A stretch of DNA of 64,000 bases from Amoebophrya sp. A120 (lineage: Eukaryota > Protista > Dinoflagellata): positions 261,746 through 325,745 of the forward strand of contig CAJINV010000028.1 of assembly GCA_905178155.1 (NCBI GenBank). The letters run 5' to 3'. This document shows, in pieces, positions 10,482-22,190 of this stretch (positions are counted from its first letter, which is position 1; every line of letters begins with the position of its first letter). The notes below the pieces were generated by a model, which worked only from the letters and a program-made list of their open reading frames with translations, searched no databases and was not told the origin of the DNA. The position numbers were made by a program, and so were the translations under genes.

Positions 10482-13400
10482 TTATACTTTGGCTTCCTTT
10501 CCTTTCTTGCCCTTCGTAACCGTTGGTGTTGGTTTTTCATTTTTCATTTGATTCTCCTCCAAATCCAGCTCCAGCAGGGTTTTTTTCGCCGCTTTTTTCC
10601 CGATCGCGTCTTCAGAGGAGGTGGTCTTGGTGTCGTTTCTCTTCTTCCCCAGGGCCGCGGAGGTACAACTAGAGCTCTTAGTTCTACTAATACCGCCGCC
10701 AGTACTCTTTCTAGAAGCGGCAGCGGTTTGTTTCACTGCCACCTCTGTTTTCGACGATTGCTTTGTCGCTTTTCCGCCCGCAATACCTCCTGCAAGAGGC
10801 GTGCTAGAGCCTCTTGCGCCAGACTTTGCTTCCCGTTCCGGTTTGGCCTCTTCGGCAGCAAGAAACGCCTCGAGGACTTTTTCCTTGTTGGTAGTAGATT
10901 TCGATTTTTTGGATCGCGATTGCATCAACATGTCAGCGCCCTTTTTTAGTTCCATCTGGTCTCCCCCGATAGACCTCTGCTCAAGGTGATCGTGCTATCC
11001 TGAGAAAAAACGTACCCACACCAGAGTCAGGATGGGGAATCTGCTAGACAAATCAGCCAGCTTTGGTTGTTTGGCATGACAAGTTTGTCCGCGTAGTGTA
11101 GTGCTGTTTGAGCTAGTTTAGCAGCATTACAGATCTAGTATCTCGTGCTGATTGGAGCATGACAACTATGGTGTGGGTACGTTTTTACTCAGGATACGTG
11201 CTCCAGCTTGCTCATCTTCGAGTTGTTGGCGGTCATGCTTCGTGGTCGTTTTATCACGTTGCCCGAGGATATCCTGAGTAAAAACGTACCCACACCAGAG
11301 TCAGGATGAGGATTTTGCAACACAAACCTAGGAGTTTTGTGAGTCACGCATGACAAGCTGCACTACGCAGTGTAGTGCAGGTTAGCAAGTGCAGCCGCAT
11401 CACAGATTCGTCTGCTCATCCTGTTCACAGCATCACAAATTCCAAAACACGATGGGAAATGGCTCTCATGGGGATGCGCATTACAAGTCTTCCTATCTTT
11501 GCAAATCTGCATTACAACTCTGGGGTGGGGACGTTTTTACTCAGGATAGAGGAGACCGGTGATTCTTCATTCCCCGTGGTCGTGGTCGTGACCATATTAA
11601 GAGGAAAAATCCCCCCTCCCCACATCGCAAAGGTATGCTTCCGAAAATTTGTGTTGCTGATTTGAGACCACAAATCGCCTCTGTCTTGCAAGGAGGCAAC
11701 TCCACAAGCTCCGCAGCATTGCGCAGGCGGTTTGTGATGCTGACGGGCCTCCAGTACGGACGTTCCTCATGCTAGACGCCTAGGCCAAAACCTCTCTACT
11801 TAGGCTTAGTATGGGCCTGCATTTCTCTCCAGCAAGACAGATCTGATTTGTGTACGCAAATCCTGCATCAGAAACTTCGTTTCGATATGGGGAGGGGAGA
11901 TTTTTCTTTTTGATAGACCATCACGGTGCCCGAGGTGGTCATTCTCCTTGGTCGCTTTTGTTCACCAACGAGCACGGTGGCTTGTTCAAACGGGTGCTTT
12001 TCGTTGGCCTCGAAAGTGGAAACTGACCTCTTCGAATTCTTCGTTCCGCTGGCCGCGGCACTGGTGGACTATCAAATGTAAAAATGTCTGGGTCTGGAAG
12101 AGTCCATGTTTGTCATGCGTGTCTGGCACGACTCGCAAATCTGTCATGCACGTTACCCAAGAGCGCCACTTTTCCGTCATGCAGAAACGCAGTTTGTCAT
12201 GCAGAATACAATAGGCAACACCTAGAAGCTCAGAAACTTCTCATGCTGAGCCAGCACTTGTGGCTTCCTCATGATATGCCACCCAGCATCACAAGTTTCC
12301 AGACCCAGACATTTTTACATTTGGTATTCTCCGTGGTCGTTTTATCACGTTGCCTGAGGAGCCCGGGTTTTGTTCACCTCCACCGAGCACGGTGGCTTGT
12401 TCAAGCGGGTGCTTTTCGTTGGCCTCGAAAGTGGAAACTGACTTCTTCGAATTCTTCATTCCGCTGGCCGCGGCACTGGTGGACTATCAAATGGAAAAAT
12501 GTCTGGGTCTGGAAGATGTGTCCATGTTTGTCATGCGTGTCTGGCACGACTCGCAAATCTGTCATGCACGTTCTTACCCAAGAGCGCCACTTTTCCGTCA
12601 TGCAGAAACGCAGTTTGTCATGCAGGATACAATAGGCAACACCTAGAAGCTCAGAAGCTTCTCATGCTGAGCCAGCACTTGTGGCATCCTCATGATATGC
12701 CACGACCCAGCATCACAAGTTTCCAGACCCAGACATTTTTACATTTGGTATTCTCCGTGGCCGTTTTATCACGTTGCCCGAGGAGCCCGAGTTTTGTTCA
12801 CCTCCAACAACTACGGTGGCTTCAAGCGGGTGCTTTTCGTTGGCCTCGAAAGTGGAAACTGACCTCTTCGAATTCTTCTTTCCGCTGGCCGCGGCGCTGG
12901 TGGACGAAGACTGTATCACCGGCTCTATTCTAGCAACAGACGCCTCCGCCTCGCGGCCCTTTTTGCTGGTGGATTTCGATTTTGATTTCGCTCGCCTCAA
13001 GTCAGTATCCTGCTGCTGTTCTTCATCCGCGAAGATGGGGAAGAGCTGCTCATTGCCGTTCTGTTCCAGCACCACGGCCGTGCTCGCTTTCGAGCTGTAT
13101 CAACTGGAAAATGTCTGGGTCTGGAAGAATCCAACTTGTTATGCTGATTTTGGATTCTAAAAAAATCTGTATTGCATGAGCAGCAAAGAGAGTCCAAGTT
13201 TTGCTACACGGAAAGAGCATTTGTCATGCGGCATAGGCATCAGGAAGCCCTCACAAAATCTGTGATGCTAGGGCATGCATCACAGACATCAGGAGTCATG
13301 CAAAATGTGCATGACAAACCTGGCAATCTTCCAGACCCAGACATTTTTACTTTTGATAAGCTGTTGTAGTTGTTCATTTTCCGTTTCATCGCTTTGCCGG

Positions 13401-13722
13401 AGGAGGCGAGCACGTCCTCTGCATCGAGCGCGTTGTAGTACTTTTCGTTGGCGGCGTCAACAGCGGAGACTGACGCCTTCGATTCCCTCTTTTTTCCACT
13501 GGCCGCGCCGGCGCCGATGGACTTCCTGGCCTGCTTGGATTTGGAAGCTGATGCGCCTTTGCTTCCATTGGTATCGTTCCCCAATCCCACCGTGCTCTTG
13601 CGCTTGGAAAAAACTTCGAGGCCGGCCGCCTCCGCGGGAACAGCGTCCTCCTCGTGCGTGAGTTTTGCCTTGCTGGCGGTGGCTGACTTGTTGTCGGTGG
13701 CCTGGTAGTATAATTTTGACAT
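10482..13722 (-). CDS. Lys/Ser/Ala-rich low-complexity protein (paralog 2, MSKLYYQ...), ~541 aa, 6 element introns, with an internally triplicated exon
   Basis: Removing six elements (+5 nt each) gives 1626 nt; junctions translated in frame. Confidence 0.8.
10996..11196. mobile_element. TIR intronic element, family B, internally deleted (201 bp)
   Basis: Family B TIRs; TSD CGTGC. Confidence 0.95.
11270..11548. mobile_element. TIR intronic element, family B
   Basis: Family B TIRs; TSD GAGGA. Confidence 0.95.
11595..11915. mobile_element. TIR intronic element, family C
   Basis: TATTAAGAGGAAAAATCCCCCCTCCCCA...TGGGGAGGGGAGATTTTTCTTTTTGATA; TSD GACCA. Confidence 0.95.
12070..12326. mobile_element. 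TIR intronic element, family A, between duplicated exons
   Basis: Family A TIRs; flanks TGGAC/TTCTC do not match; near-identical to 12485-12750. Confidence 0.9.
12485..12750. mobile_element. TIR intronic element, family A, tandem copy
   Basis: Same flanks as, and near-identical interior to, 12070-12326. Confidence 0.9.
13098..13358. mobile_element. TIR intronic element, family A
   Basis: Family A TIRs; TSD AGCTG. Confidence 0.95.
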
Positions 13723-13834
13723 TAATCATTGGAACATCAAGTAAAAACTGCGCAGTGTGTACTGTGGCAAAAGCCGAGGAAAGTTGAAGCTCATCTTTCG
13801 GTTTACATTTACAAAAAGAAATAAGAGCGTCATA

Positions 13835-14556
13835 TTACGTGAAGATCGTGCTGCTCGTAACGAATTTGCACTTACCTTCTTTCCCTTCTCTACTTTGCCG
13901 CTCGGATTTGAGGGTTTTTGATTCTCCAAACCCTCCTGGCGCTGTGTTTTTTTTCTGAATTGCAAAAATGTCTGGGTCTGGAAGATTCTCAGATTTGTCA
14001 TGCATGTTCTGCATGGCCCAGGATGTCTGTGATGCGCGACCGCGCATCACAGGTTTTGACCTGGCTTCCTGATGCCTACTCCGCATGACAAACGCCCTCC
14101 CCGCGTAGCACAAACTAGACTCCTCTTGCTGGTCATCCAATACAGATTTTTGTTTTTCTAGAGTCCAAAGTTAGCATCACAAGTTCCAATCTCGCAGACC
14201 CAGACATTTTTACAGTTGATATTTTTCTGTTCGCTTTTATCTTCCTCCTGTGTCACTTTTAATATTGCGGAACTTTTTCTGCCTTGTTTCGAGGACTTGG
14301 CTGCTGCACCCGTTCCGCTGGCCGCGGCACTGGTGCACGAAGACTGTATCACTGGCTTGGAAGTTGTGTTTTTGTTTCCATTGTTGTCGCTCACTCCAGT
14401 CGTGTTTCTGCGCTTGGGCTCGGGAGAAACTTCGGTGTCGGCAAGCTCCGCGGCAAATAGAGCCTCCTGCCCGTGTTCCGCTTTTGCCTTACTGGAGCTG
14501 GCGGACTCCTTGCTGGTGGCGGCGGTGGACTAGTAGTATTTTAATTCAGACGTCAT
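13835..14556 (-). pseudogene. Third Lys/Ser-rich paralog (MTSELKYY*), with an in-frame TAG at codon 9; 3' end approximate
   Basis: TAC TAC TAG where paralogs 1 and 2 read YYQ (CAG); shares the VIQSS.TSAAASG block with paralog 2. Confidence 0.5.
13954..14221. mobile_element. TIR intronic element, family A
   Basis: TCTGAATTGCAAAAATGTCTGGG...CCCAGACATTTTTACAGTTGATA; TSD TTTTT; empty paralogous site at ~15880. Confidence 0.9.
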
Positions 14557-14869
14557 TTGATGGAACAAGGAAAAACTACGATATGCGTATAAATGTAGTG
14601 CTGGCAGAACGGATTTTTACATCGCGCTGGGTTCTTACATTCTCATTCAGCCTTTGCTTTACAAAAAGAATAGAAAATAACGCGGGGTCTTTTGCTGGTA
14701 CTGACGAGTAATAAATAAATAAATACTTTCTTATCTTGCTTCCGATTGCCCTTCGGGTCTGACGATTTTTGACCCTCCAAATGGTCCCCCTGGTCCTCGT
14801 GCAGCTGCGCATTATTTCTGTGCTTGCTTCTACCTCGTGCGGAAGGTTCAGCCTGCACGGCCGTGGTTG

Positions 14870-17140
14870 TTGAATTTCTTTGCTTTCTGCTAGAAGAAGA
14901 AGCTGCATTGTTGGCGGAGGTATTGACTTTGCAATCTTCCTCCGGTGTCGCTTTTGCACAACTTTTTCTGCCTTGTCTCGAGGACTTGGCTGCTGCACTT
15001 TTGCAGCATTTCTTTATCTCGTTCCTCTTCGGCATCCTTCTTGCTTGAAACTTTTATTACGTCAGTTAGGAAATAGCAATACGTGTGTCGCTTGTAGGTC
15101 GTGATTGCTGTATCAGTCGAAATTGTAAACGATTCTGCACCTAGCAGTTGCAATGATTGTGATTCTTACAAAAAGTTAACATAATTAATAGCTGTCTTTC
15201 ACCGTGATACTTTTTTTCTTCCTAATTTTGATTGTGTCATACTAGGAAAAGGTTGAGTTGATGTAATGTCGTTTGTCTAGCTGACAAAAAAAACGCAAAA
15301 ATGTGGATCGTGTTCGCCGGTTCCCGCCGACAAGATGCTTCTCCAAAAAGCTCCAATGTTGACATCATGCCCCACGTGAGGGATCGATTTGTGTGAGACA
15401 CTTCTTCATCAAAAACAACTCGCCTGGTTCGTACCCAGAAATTGTCTGCGGTGCGGCACAACAAGAAAGCGGAACAAAGCGCAACATCCTTCACGATCTT
15501 TCTATCAGCGGAACAAAAAACAACATCCTTTCTGAAAATGAGAAACTGATGTGATCTTCTATCTTCACCGCCTTCAGCTCAAAAACAAACCAAAGAGCAG
15601 AGCAATCACAAAGAAATGATCATCGTGATTCACGAACTCGTGCTGACAAACGTGCGTGCATAAGGATAGGAACTTCGAACATCTGACAGCAGGAGCAGGT
15701 GCGTAGCTGTTGCTCGCCTCAAGCAGCAGTTGCAGGAATCGTTCGTCGACTTTTCTTTATTCTTCGATGAATGGGTACTTACTTATTACCGACATATTCT
15801 TCTATACGAGCGGAATTCATCCAGCGATAATTTGGATTTGAATGGGGCTTTTGATTCTCCAAACCCTCCTGGTGCTGCGTTTTTTTCTGTTCGCTTCTAC
15901 CCCGTCTGTTCACAAAGTGCGTGTCATTTCGCGCGGATGAAGGTTCAGTTTTACGCTTTTTCGGTCCCCGCAGCTCTTCTTGGTCGTTGTTCTCTTCCTG
16001 CGCAACAGACGCTTTGGCCTGCGCGTTGGTGGACTTCGAATTCCCTTGTTTGGAGGAGGAGGTATTGGCTTTGCAATCTTCCTCCTGTGTCGCTTTTATT
16101 GCACAACTTTTTCTGCCTTGTTTCGAGGACTTGGCTGCTGCACTTTTGCAGCACTTCTTTATCCCGTTCCTCTCCGGCATCGTTACTTGAATGAGCTTCT
16201 GGTCTACGTCAATTAGAAAAGATCATATATTATGTGTGTCGCTTGTATAAAGGTAAAAGGTGTCTTGTCGTTATACTTATAGTTGTGTCGTCTCTTCGCT
16301 ATAGTTGTACCAGTCGAAATTATGGCAAACGGTTCTGCAAGTAGCAGTCGCAATAATTCTTGAGGCACAACTTACACTTACAGTCTGAGAGCACTCAATT
16401 TATTATGTTATCTTCGAAGCGTCGATGTAGATGTACGAACGAAAAGTTAACGTAGTTACTAGTAGCTGTCTTCCATCGTGATACTTTCGCTTTTCCTTTT
16501 CCTAATCTTGATATAGTAGCGTCATTACGAAAAGTTGATACAATGTCGCTTGTCTACTAGCTCGCGTTCTACTTCACTTGCGGACAAAAAACCGCAAAAA
16601 TGTGGATCGTATTCGCTGGTTCCCGCCGACCAGACGCTTTTCCAAAAAGCTCCAATGGTGACATCATACCCCATGTGAGGGATTTGTGTGAGACACTTCT
16701 TCATCAAAAACAGCTTGCCTGGTTCGGAACTTGTCTGCGGTGCGGAACAGCAAGAAAGCGGAACAAAACGCAACTACATCCCTCACGATCCTTCTATCAG
16801 CGGAACAAAAAACAGCATCCTTTCTGAAAACGAGAAACTGCTGTGATCTTCTATCTTTACCGTCTTCTCTTCATCTCAAAAACAAACCGAATAGTAGAAC
16901 AGTCACTGATCATCATGATCCACGAACTCGCACTGACAAACGTGCGCGCATAAGGGAAGGACCTTCGAACATCTGACAGCAGGATCAGGTGCGTAGCTGT
17001 TGCTCGCCTGAAGCAGCAGTTGCAGCGATTGTTCGTCGACTTTTCTTTCTTCTTCGAATGGGTACTTACTTCTTGTTACTAGACACATCCTTCTATACGA
17101 GCGGTTTGCGTAACGATAATTTAGTTTTGAATGGGTTTTC
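14870..17140. repeat. Diverged direct duplication of ~1 kb (~14870-15850 and ~16030-17140) carrying Lys-rich paralog fragments
   Basis: Long collinear matches, e.g. CAGCGGAACAAAAAACA.CATCCTTTCTGAAAA and TTCGAACATCTGACAGCAGGA in both copies; both ORFs read MP.RN.IKKCCKSAAAKSS. Confidence 0.85.
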
Positions 17141-17554
17141 TTGAAGGGTTGCTTGCCACAGTGAAAGAATACACTGTCATTTTCAACAACAGCTGGTAGT
17201 GCATAAATCGATGCTCATTCTCTTCACACACGAGCTTCTGCGCAGCGTTGTAGTGCAACAGTAGCATTTTACTTGTTTCGTCCGGCCCTTTTTACGTACA
17301 CCTAGTCTGTTTCGCGTTTCCCGCTGCTACGGCAACCGCTTTAGCTGTTGTCACGAAGACGTAGGTCACGCGTCCATACCGACGTGGTTCATGATCTTCA
17401 ACATCAACTTCATGTTTTCGGTCTTTCAATAACTTCTTTTCTTATGCGGCAAGGAAAAGTCGCTTGTGCTGTCTTCATCAGGAGGAAGTGGAAACTGAAA
17501 CACCAGTCGAGAACGAGAAGTTGAACTTCGACAGTAGACCCAGAACAATCAGCT

Positions 17555-18223
17555 TCAATCCAGAGCGTTGACATCATATCTCGGGTCGTAATTTTCTGGT
17601 AGTACACGCGGCACAATGCTTCTACTGCTATAATTGGAGTTCCCGCTCCCTCGACTCGTGTTACCGGCGGAGGAAGCAGCAGGCGAGAACGTGCTGCCTT
17701 CTGAGCTCCGGTTGTCGCTACGCCGGAAAGTGCTATCCTTCGTGCAGAAAGAACTTGAGGATGACAACGCTTCGTGCGCGTGAGCTGGCGGTGAACGAGA
17801 AGACGAGGATGGTTGCGCGGTCGGTCGTGCGTGCGCTGACATGGAAGAACCCACTTCTCCGGTCTGCTTTCCTCGCTGGCGTCGCTCGGATTGTTCATGC
17901 GCCATCTTCTCGTTATTTTCCCGGTCATGTAAAACATCCTCCTGCTCGGATTTGTTGCTGTCAAATAACGGATGCGCAAACGGCCGCGGCTGCACGACAC
18001 CAGGCGCAAGTAGACGGTCTCTTTCTGGCTTACTCAGCTTCTCACCTCTGGCCGCCCGGTCTGCCAGTCGCTCGCGCTCGTCTCGCGACAGTGCCCCAGG
18101 GTGCAGTGCGCTGGTGCACGTACCTTCTTCGGCGAGACTCTTCCACCTTTTCAGCTCGTAGTGCTCCTTGAACTGCCGCCACTTCACCATGTCCGGCTCT
18201 CCCGGCAACACGTGAGTCCGCAT
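17555..18223 (-). CDS. Hypothetical protein exon
   Basis: 222-codon charged, Ser-rich ORF; no domain recognised; start uncertain. Confidence 0.45.
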   Translation of the reverse strand: MRTHVLPGEPDMVKWRQFKEHYELKRWKSLAEEGTCTSALHPGALSRDERERLADRAARGEKLSKPERDRLLAPGVVQPRPFAHPLFDSNKSEQEDVLHDRENNEKMAHEQSERRQRGKQTGEVGSSMSAHARPTAQPSSSSRSPPAHAHEALSSSSSFCTKDSTFRRSDNRSSEGSTFSPAASSAGNTSRGSGNSNYSSRSIVPRVLPENYDPRYDVNALD

Positions 18224-19134
18224 CCACTCTTGGTCATCCGGGTTGTTTTTTTCCCATTTCCTGCGTTCGAGCTCTCGAAAATGCTTTTGCTTCCACAGCT
18301 TCTGCTTCGTTTCTTCTGCCGTGACGGTGTTGTGAGAAAAAGCCGCCCCGGCGCAGGTTCACCAATTGTAATTCCAGCAACTTTCATCTAGTTCATTGAT
18401 TACTTGGTGCTACAAGCGGGCCTCACACGACCACCGCTGCCTTCACTCTCACAGATATTGATACTTTTATCATCGATGCTTGGGTTGCATATGATTGACA
18501 CTACAAAGCAATATCACATCAATTTCCGGGGCGACGGTTGACTCGTCTTTTTCATAGTCGACGACGCGTACGAAATTCAAGCCATCCCTTTCACACATTT
18601 CAAACCGCTGCCCCGCGCCATCTGAAAATGAATAATGCATCACTTCTTTGAGTAGTTTGGACTACAATTGTTCAAATCTTCATATCTTTGTGAAGTCACA
18701 TATCTTTTGTATATTCTACACGTTCCTGAATGCATTTGCAGGTCGACTTACCCATGAAGTTGTACCTTGAGGACTGCATCAACACCCATTGTGCGGTAAG
18801 AGAGATGAGAAAAAAAACTTCACATGACTCATAGTCATAAAACTATACGTGTTATGTCCACGCTGTTGTCACAGAGGTGCTGGATCCTCGAAGGATTTCG
18901 TTCTTCGCCGACCTCGTTGAAGAGGTCGTATACCAGGTCTATCAGGACCCACGCACTGCAGTCGAGACCATCGTCCTCGAAAGGCGGCGCCCTTTCCAAT
19001 TCTTCTTGCACCTTCCACCGTAGATAGAAGGCCATGTCCTTACTCTGTTGATTTTGCTGTGGTAGGTTTGGTGTCAGTAATTTCTTCGGCAGAAAACGCA
19101 GATGAAAAAATTTTCTTGAGAAGCAGTTTCAGGT

Positions 19135-20521
19135 TTATTTTCCTGCTCTAGAGTGAAGAAAGCCAAAGTGCGAAAATCGGAAGATTTGCAGTTTGCATAT
19201 ATAGTTCTCACACAGTCCGAATGCGATTCCGAAAAGAGCGTGTTTATGGCTACTTACATATTTCTCAAACCCGTTTGTCTCCTGTGGGGGACGCAGTCGC
19301 GCCGGAAGCTGCTGTCCCTGTTGCTTGTTTTTCGCGTCCGGTCGGTCCTTCCTTTTGTCGTTATCCTTGCGAACTTCGTATTTGGCTCCGCGAAGATGTT
19401 GGCCCGATTTGCTCGCCTTCCACTTGTTTCCGCTACTGGCCTTGTTACCTGTAGCCCACCCACGACGCCCGGCTCGTAAGTGATGAATCCGCTGGTTGTC
19501 GTACTCGAACCTGCATTGTTGGTACAGCTTGTCCCGAAGCTTTCTGGAGCGCTTTGCAGAAGAAAGCTTCTGCTTCTTCTTCTTGCTCTCGACTTGCTCC
19601 TCGTCTTCCCACGGCCAGATTTCGCGGAAGATTGCGGCTACGGCGGCTTCCGCGACATCATCGGTCACTGTCTCGTGGTCCCGAAACTTCTCCAGAGCCC
19701 CTGATACCGCGAGCAAAAGTTTCTCCGCCTCTAGCGAGCCCGCGGATCTCTTCGCATTGCTGGAACAACACTTCGTTCTCGTCGGCCCGGACTCGCGCAG
19801 ATCTTTGAGGCACCACGCCTGCACAACCGCGGGTCGGAAGAAGGGCGTACTCTTGCCCTGTTGAGGCGACAGCGCGTCGCAAATGGCGTCGTATTACAAT
19901 GAAAAATGCCCCCTCCCCATATCAAAACGGAAATCTGTGATGCAGAGTTGCGGTCACAAATCAGCTTTGTGACGCTAGAAGGGAACAGGTGCGGATTGTA
20001 GTGCTGGCTGGCGCAGGAACGCCTTGCGTCTTCAGCATGACAGGAAGCAACTGGAAAGGGGAAATAGCATAACAAATTGGCTCCAAACGAGGGAGCAACT
20101 GCGCCACTTGGCCTTCTAGCAATACACAACGATTTGTGTACTCAAATACAGAAACACAAATTTCGTTTTTGATATGGGGACGGGGGATTTTTCCTTTTGA
20201 TACGTCGATCAACGTGCTCAGATCGTCCATAACTTGCTGCTTCTGGTTCTTCTCCTGTCGCCTTTGCATGCGATGAAAATCATTTTGAAACGAGTCCCAC
20301 TGCGATCCTCCATTTGCTGTTCTCCCCTGCTCATCACGTGGACCGGCTGGTTGTGCCTGCTCTTCATGCTCGTCGATCACATCCCGCATGTCCGCGTCTT
20401 GCGAACCCAACGAACAAGAATAGCTACGTGAGCTAGAAGTGCTACGCCGCTCTCTACTTTCCTCGCGGCGTCGTGGCGGTACTACCGGGCTCTCCTTTCT
20501 ATCCATTGCGCGTCGGGGCAT
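19135..20521 (-). CDS. Hypothetical basic protein with one element intron
   Basis: Removing 19892-20202 +5 nt joins ...DDLSTLID to AICDALSPQQG...VQAWCLK in frame. Confidence 0.7.
19892..20202. mobile_element. TIR intronic element, family C
   Basis: Family C TIRs; TSD CGTCG. Confidence 0.95.
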
Positions 20522-22190
20522 CTTCCCTGCGTTTGCGACGAGGCTGCGAAGAGGCAGTCGTAAACGGAACTGCGACAGAAGAATTCAACCGACGGAATGC
20601 GACTTTCCAGTGGTTTGGAGATGTTGATGTTGCCGGAGTAGCGTTGCCAATTTGAAGTTCCTTCGCACACGAGAGCGACTTTCTTCTTCCTTGAAGCGAC
20701 GATTGCTACCCTGAAGAATCCGGCACGCAGAGCCGACCCTAAAATTTTGTGTTGATCCAAACAGCTATGCAGATGTACAGTATGCTGAGCACGAAAAAAC
20801 CATCTCTGCTATGCAAGACATCCAAATCCAACGATCAAGGGCTGACTGTGACTTGTAAAAATACTAGTGTGAACGTCAGGAACCAACCAGCTATACGTAT
20901 AGATACTTACCGTTAATCTGCCTGCACGAGCACACGAGCTTCGATAAGCTTCTGGTGCGAGAGGTCCTCCGCCTTGAAGTCCACACGATTCTGGTAGTAA
21001 CTGCGAGCGGTGAAAAAGAAACTCCGTCGTCGGCTGCAGGTGCAGCCGCAAGTAATCGCGCGTGCTTTCTGCGTAAAACTTGGACCAACTCCGGCTGTGC
21101 CTTCGTAGCACGCCGGCGCTGCTGGCTTCCCTTCCGAAGTTGGTGCTGCGAAAACGCGACGGCAACGCGAGGTTATCGCCCCGGTGGTGGTGACGATCAG
21201 GGTCACGAGAATACCCCTCCAAGGTCGATAATCCTTTCCTCACATTTGAAATTCCGCACCAATAAGTCAGGTGGTCTGCATGTGATGTCGAGTCGGAGGT
21301 CTTTCAATAATTATGTGATGTCAAGAACGAGAAGGAATTTTGAAAATATTTTGTCGTGTATGATGAGCCAGATGATCATTTTTCATCTGAGTATTCATTG
21401 TGTTCATCACAAATAATAATCAAAACACACAGGAGACTAAACAGCGCGTGCAGCAGCAACGCAATGGGACCCAGAGCATCTTGATCCGGATCTTTCTTCC
21501 TGTGAGGGAGCTCGTGACAGATCGTGAGATCGTGACAGGAAGCGAACGCTGCGGCGAGTAGTACTATGTATACACTTGTCCGTGACCTCCACCGAGATCT
21601 CTACTTATCTTGTCCAGATCTATGGTCTTGAAAACTACGTATACACCTGTCACACTCTAGTACGTGATCCGGGCTTTGAATGGGAAAGAAGACGATCGCT
21701 AGACCAGCAACATCACTTGACAACATCAACAATTTCATCGAAAAATTGGATCTTTCTGGCAATGTCACAACAACATGAAAAATCACCTTGCGCTTCGCAC
21801 CGACAGACTTATGCGGACTCAATCTGTTGCTGTGTTGATACGTATGATTGAATCATGCTGACAGGCACGAAAGTAATGGGAAATTCCTCGCGCCAGTTTT
21901 TATATTTGTGAACCTGAAGAACGCGAAGATTGATACATCTTCGTACTTAGCTTCCAAACTAAACAGCGAGCCTGCACCGTCTCGGAAAATTTTCTCCTGT
22001 GCCATCGCGTGACAAAGAGAGGGGGTCGTCAAGTGTAGTGGTTAGACAGTGTTACGCGTTGAAGATAAAGATATTGAATGAGTATACTATTTTAGTTCCA
22101 GTCAGGATCGCTCGGTTCATTTTTTCCATTGGTAAAGAATGAAAGAGTCATCAAAAATGGATCTTTTCTTTCAAAAACACGGCTCTCTTC

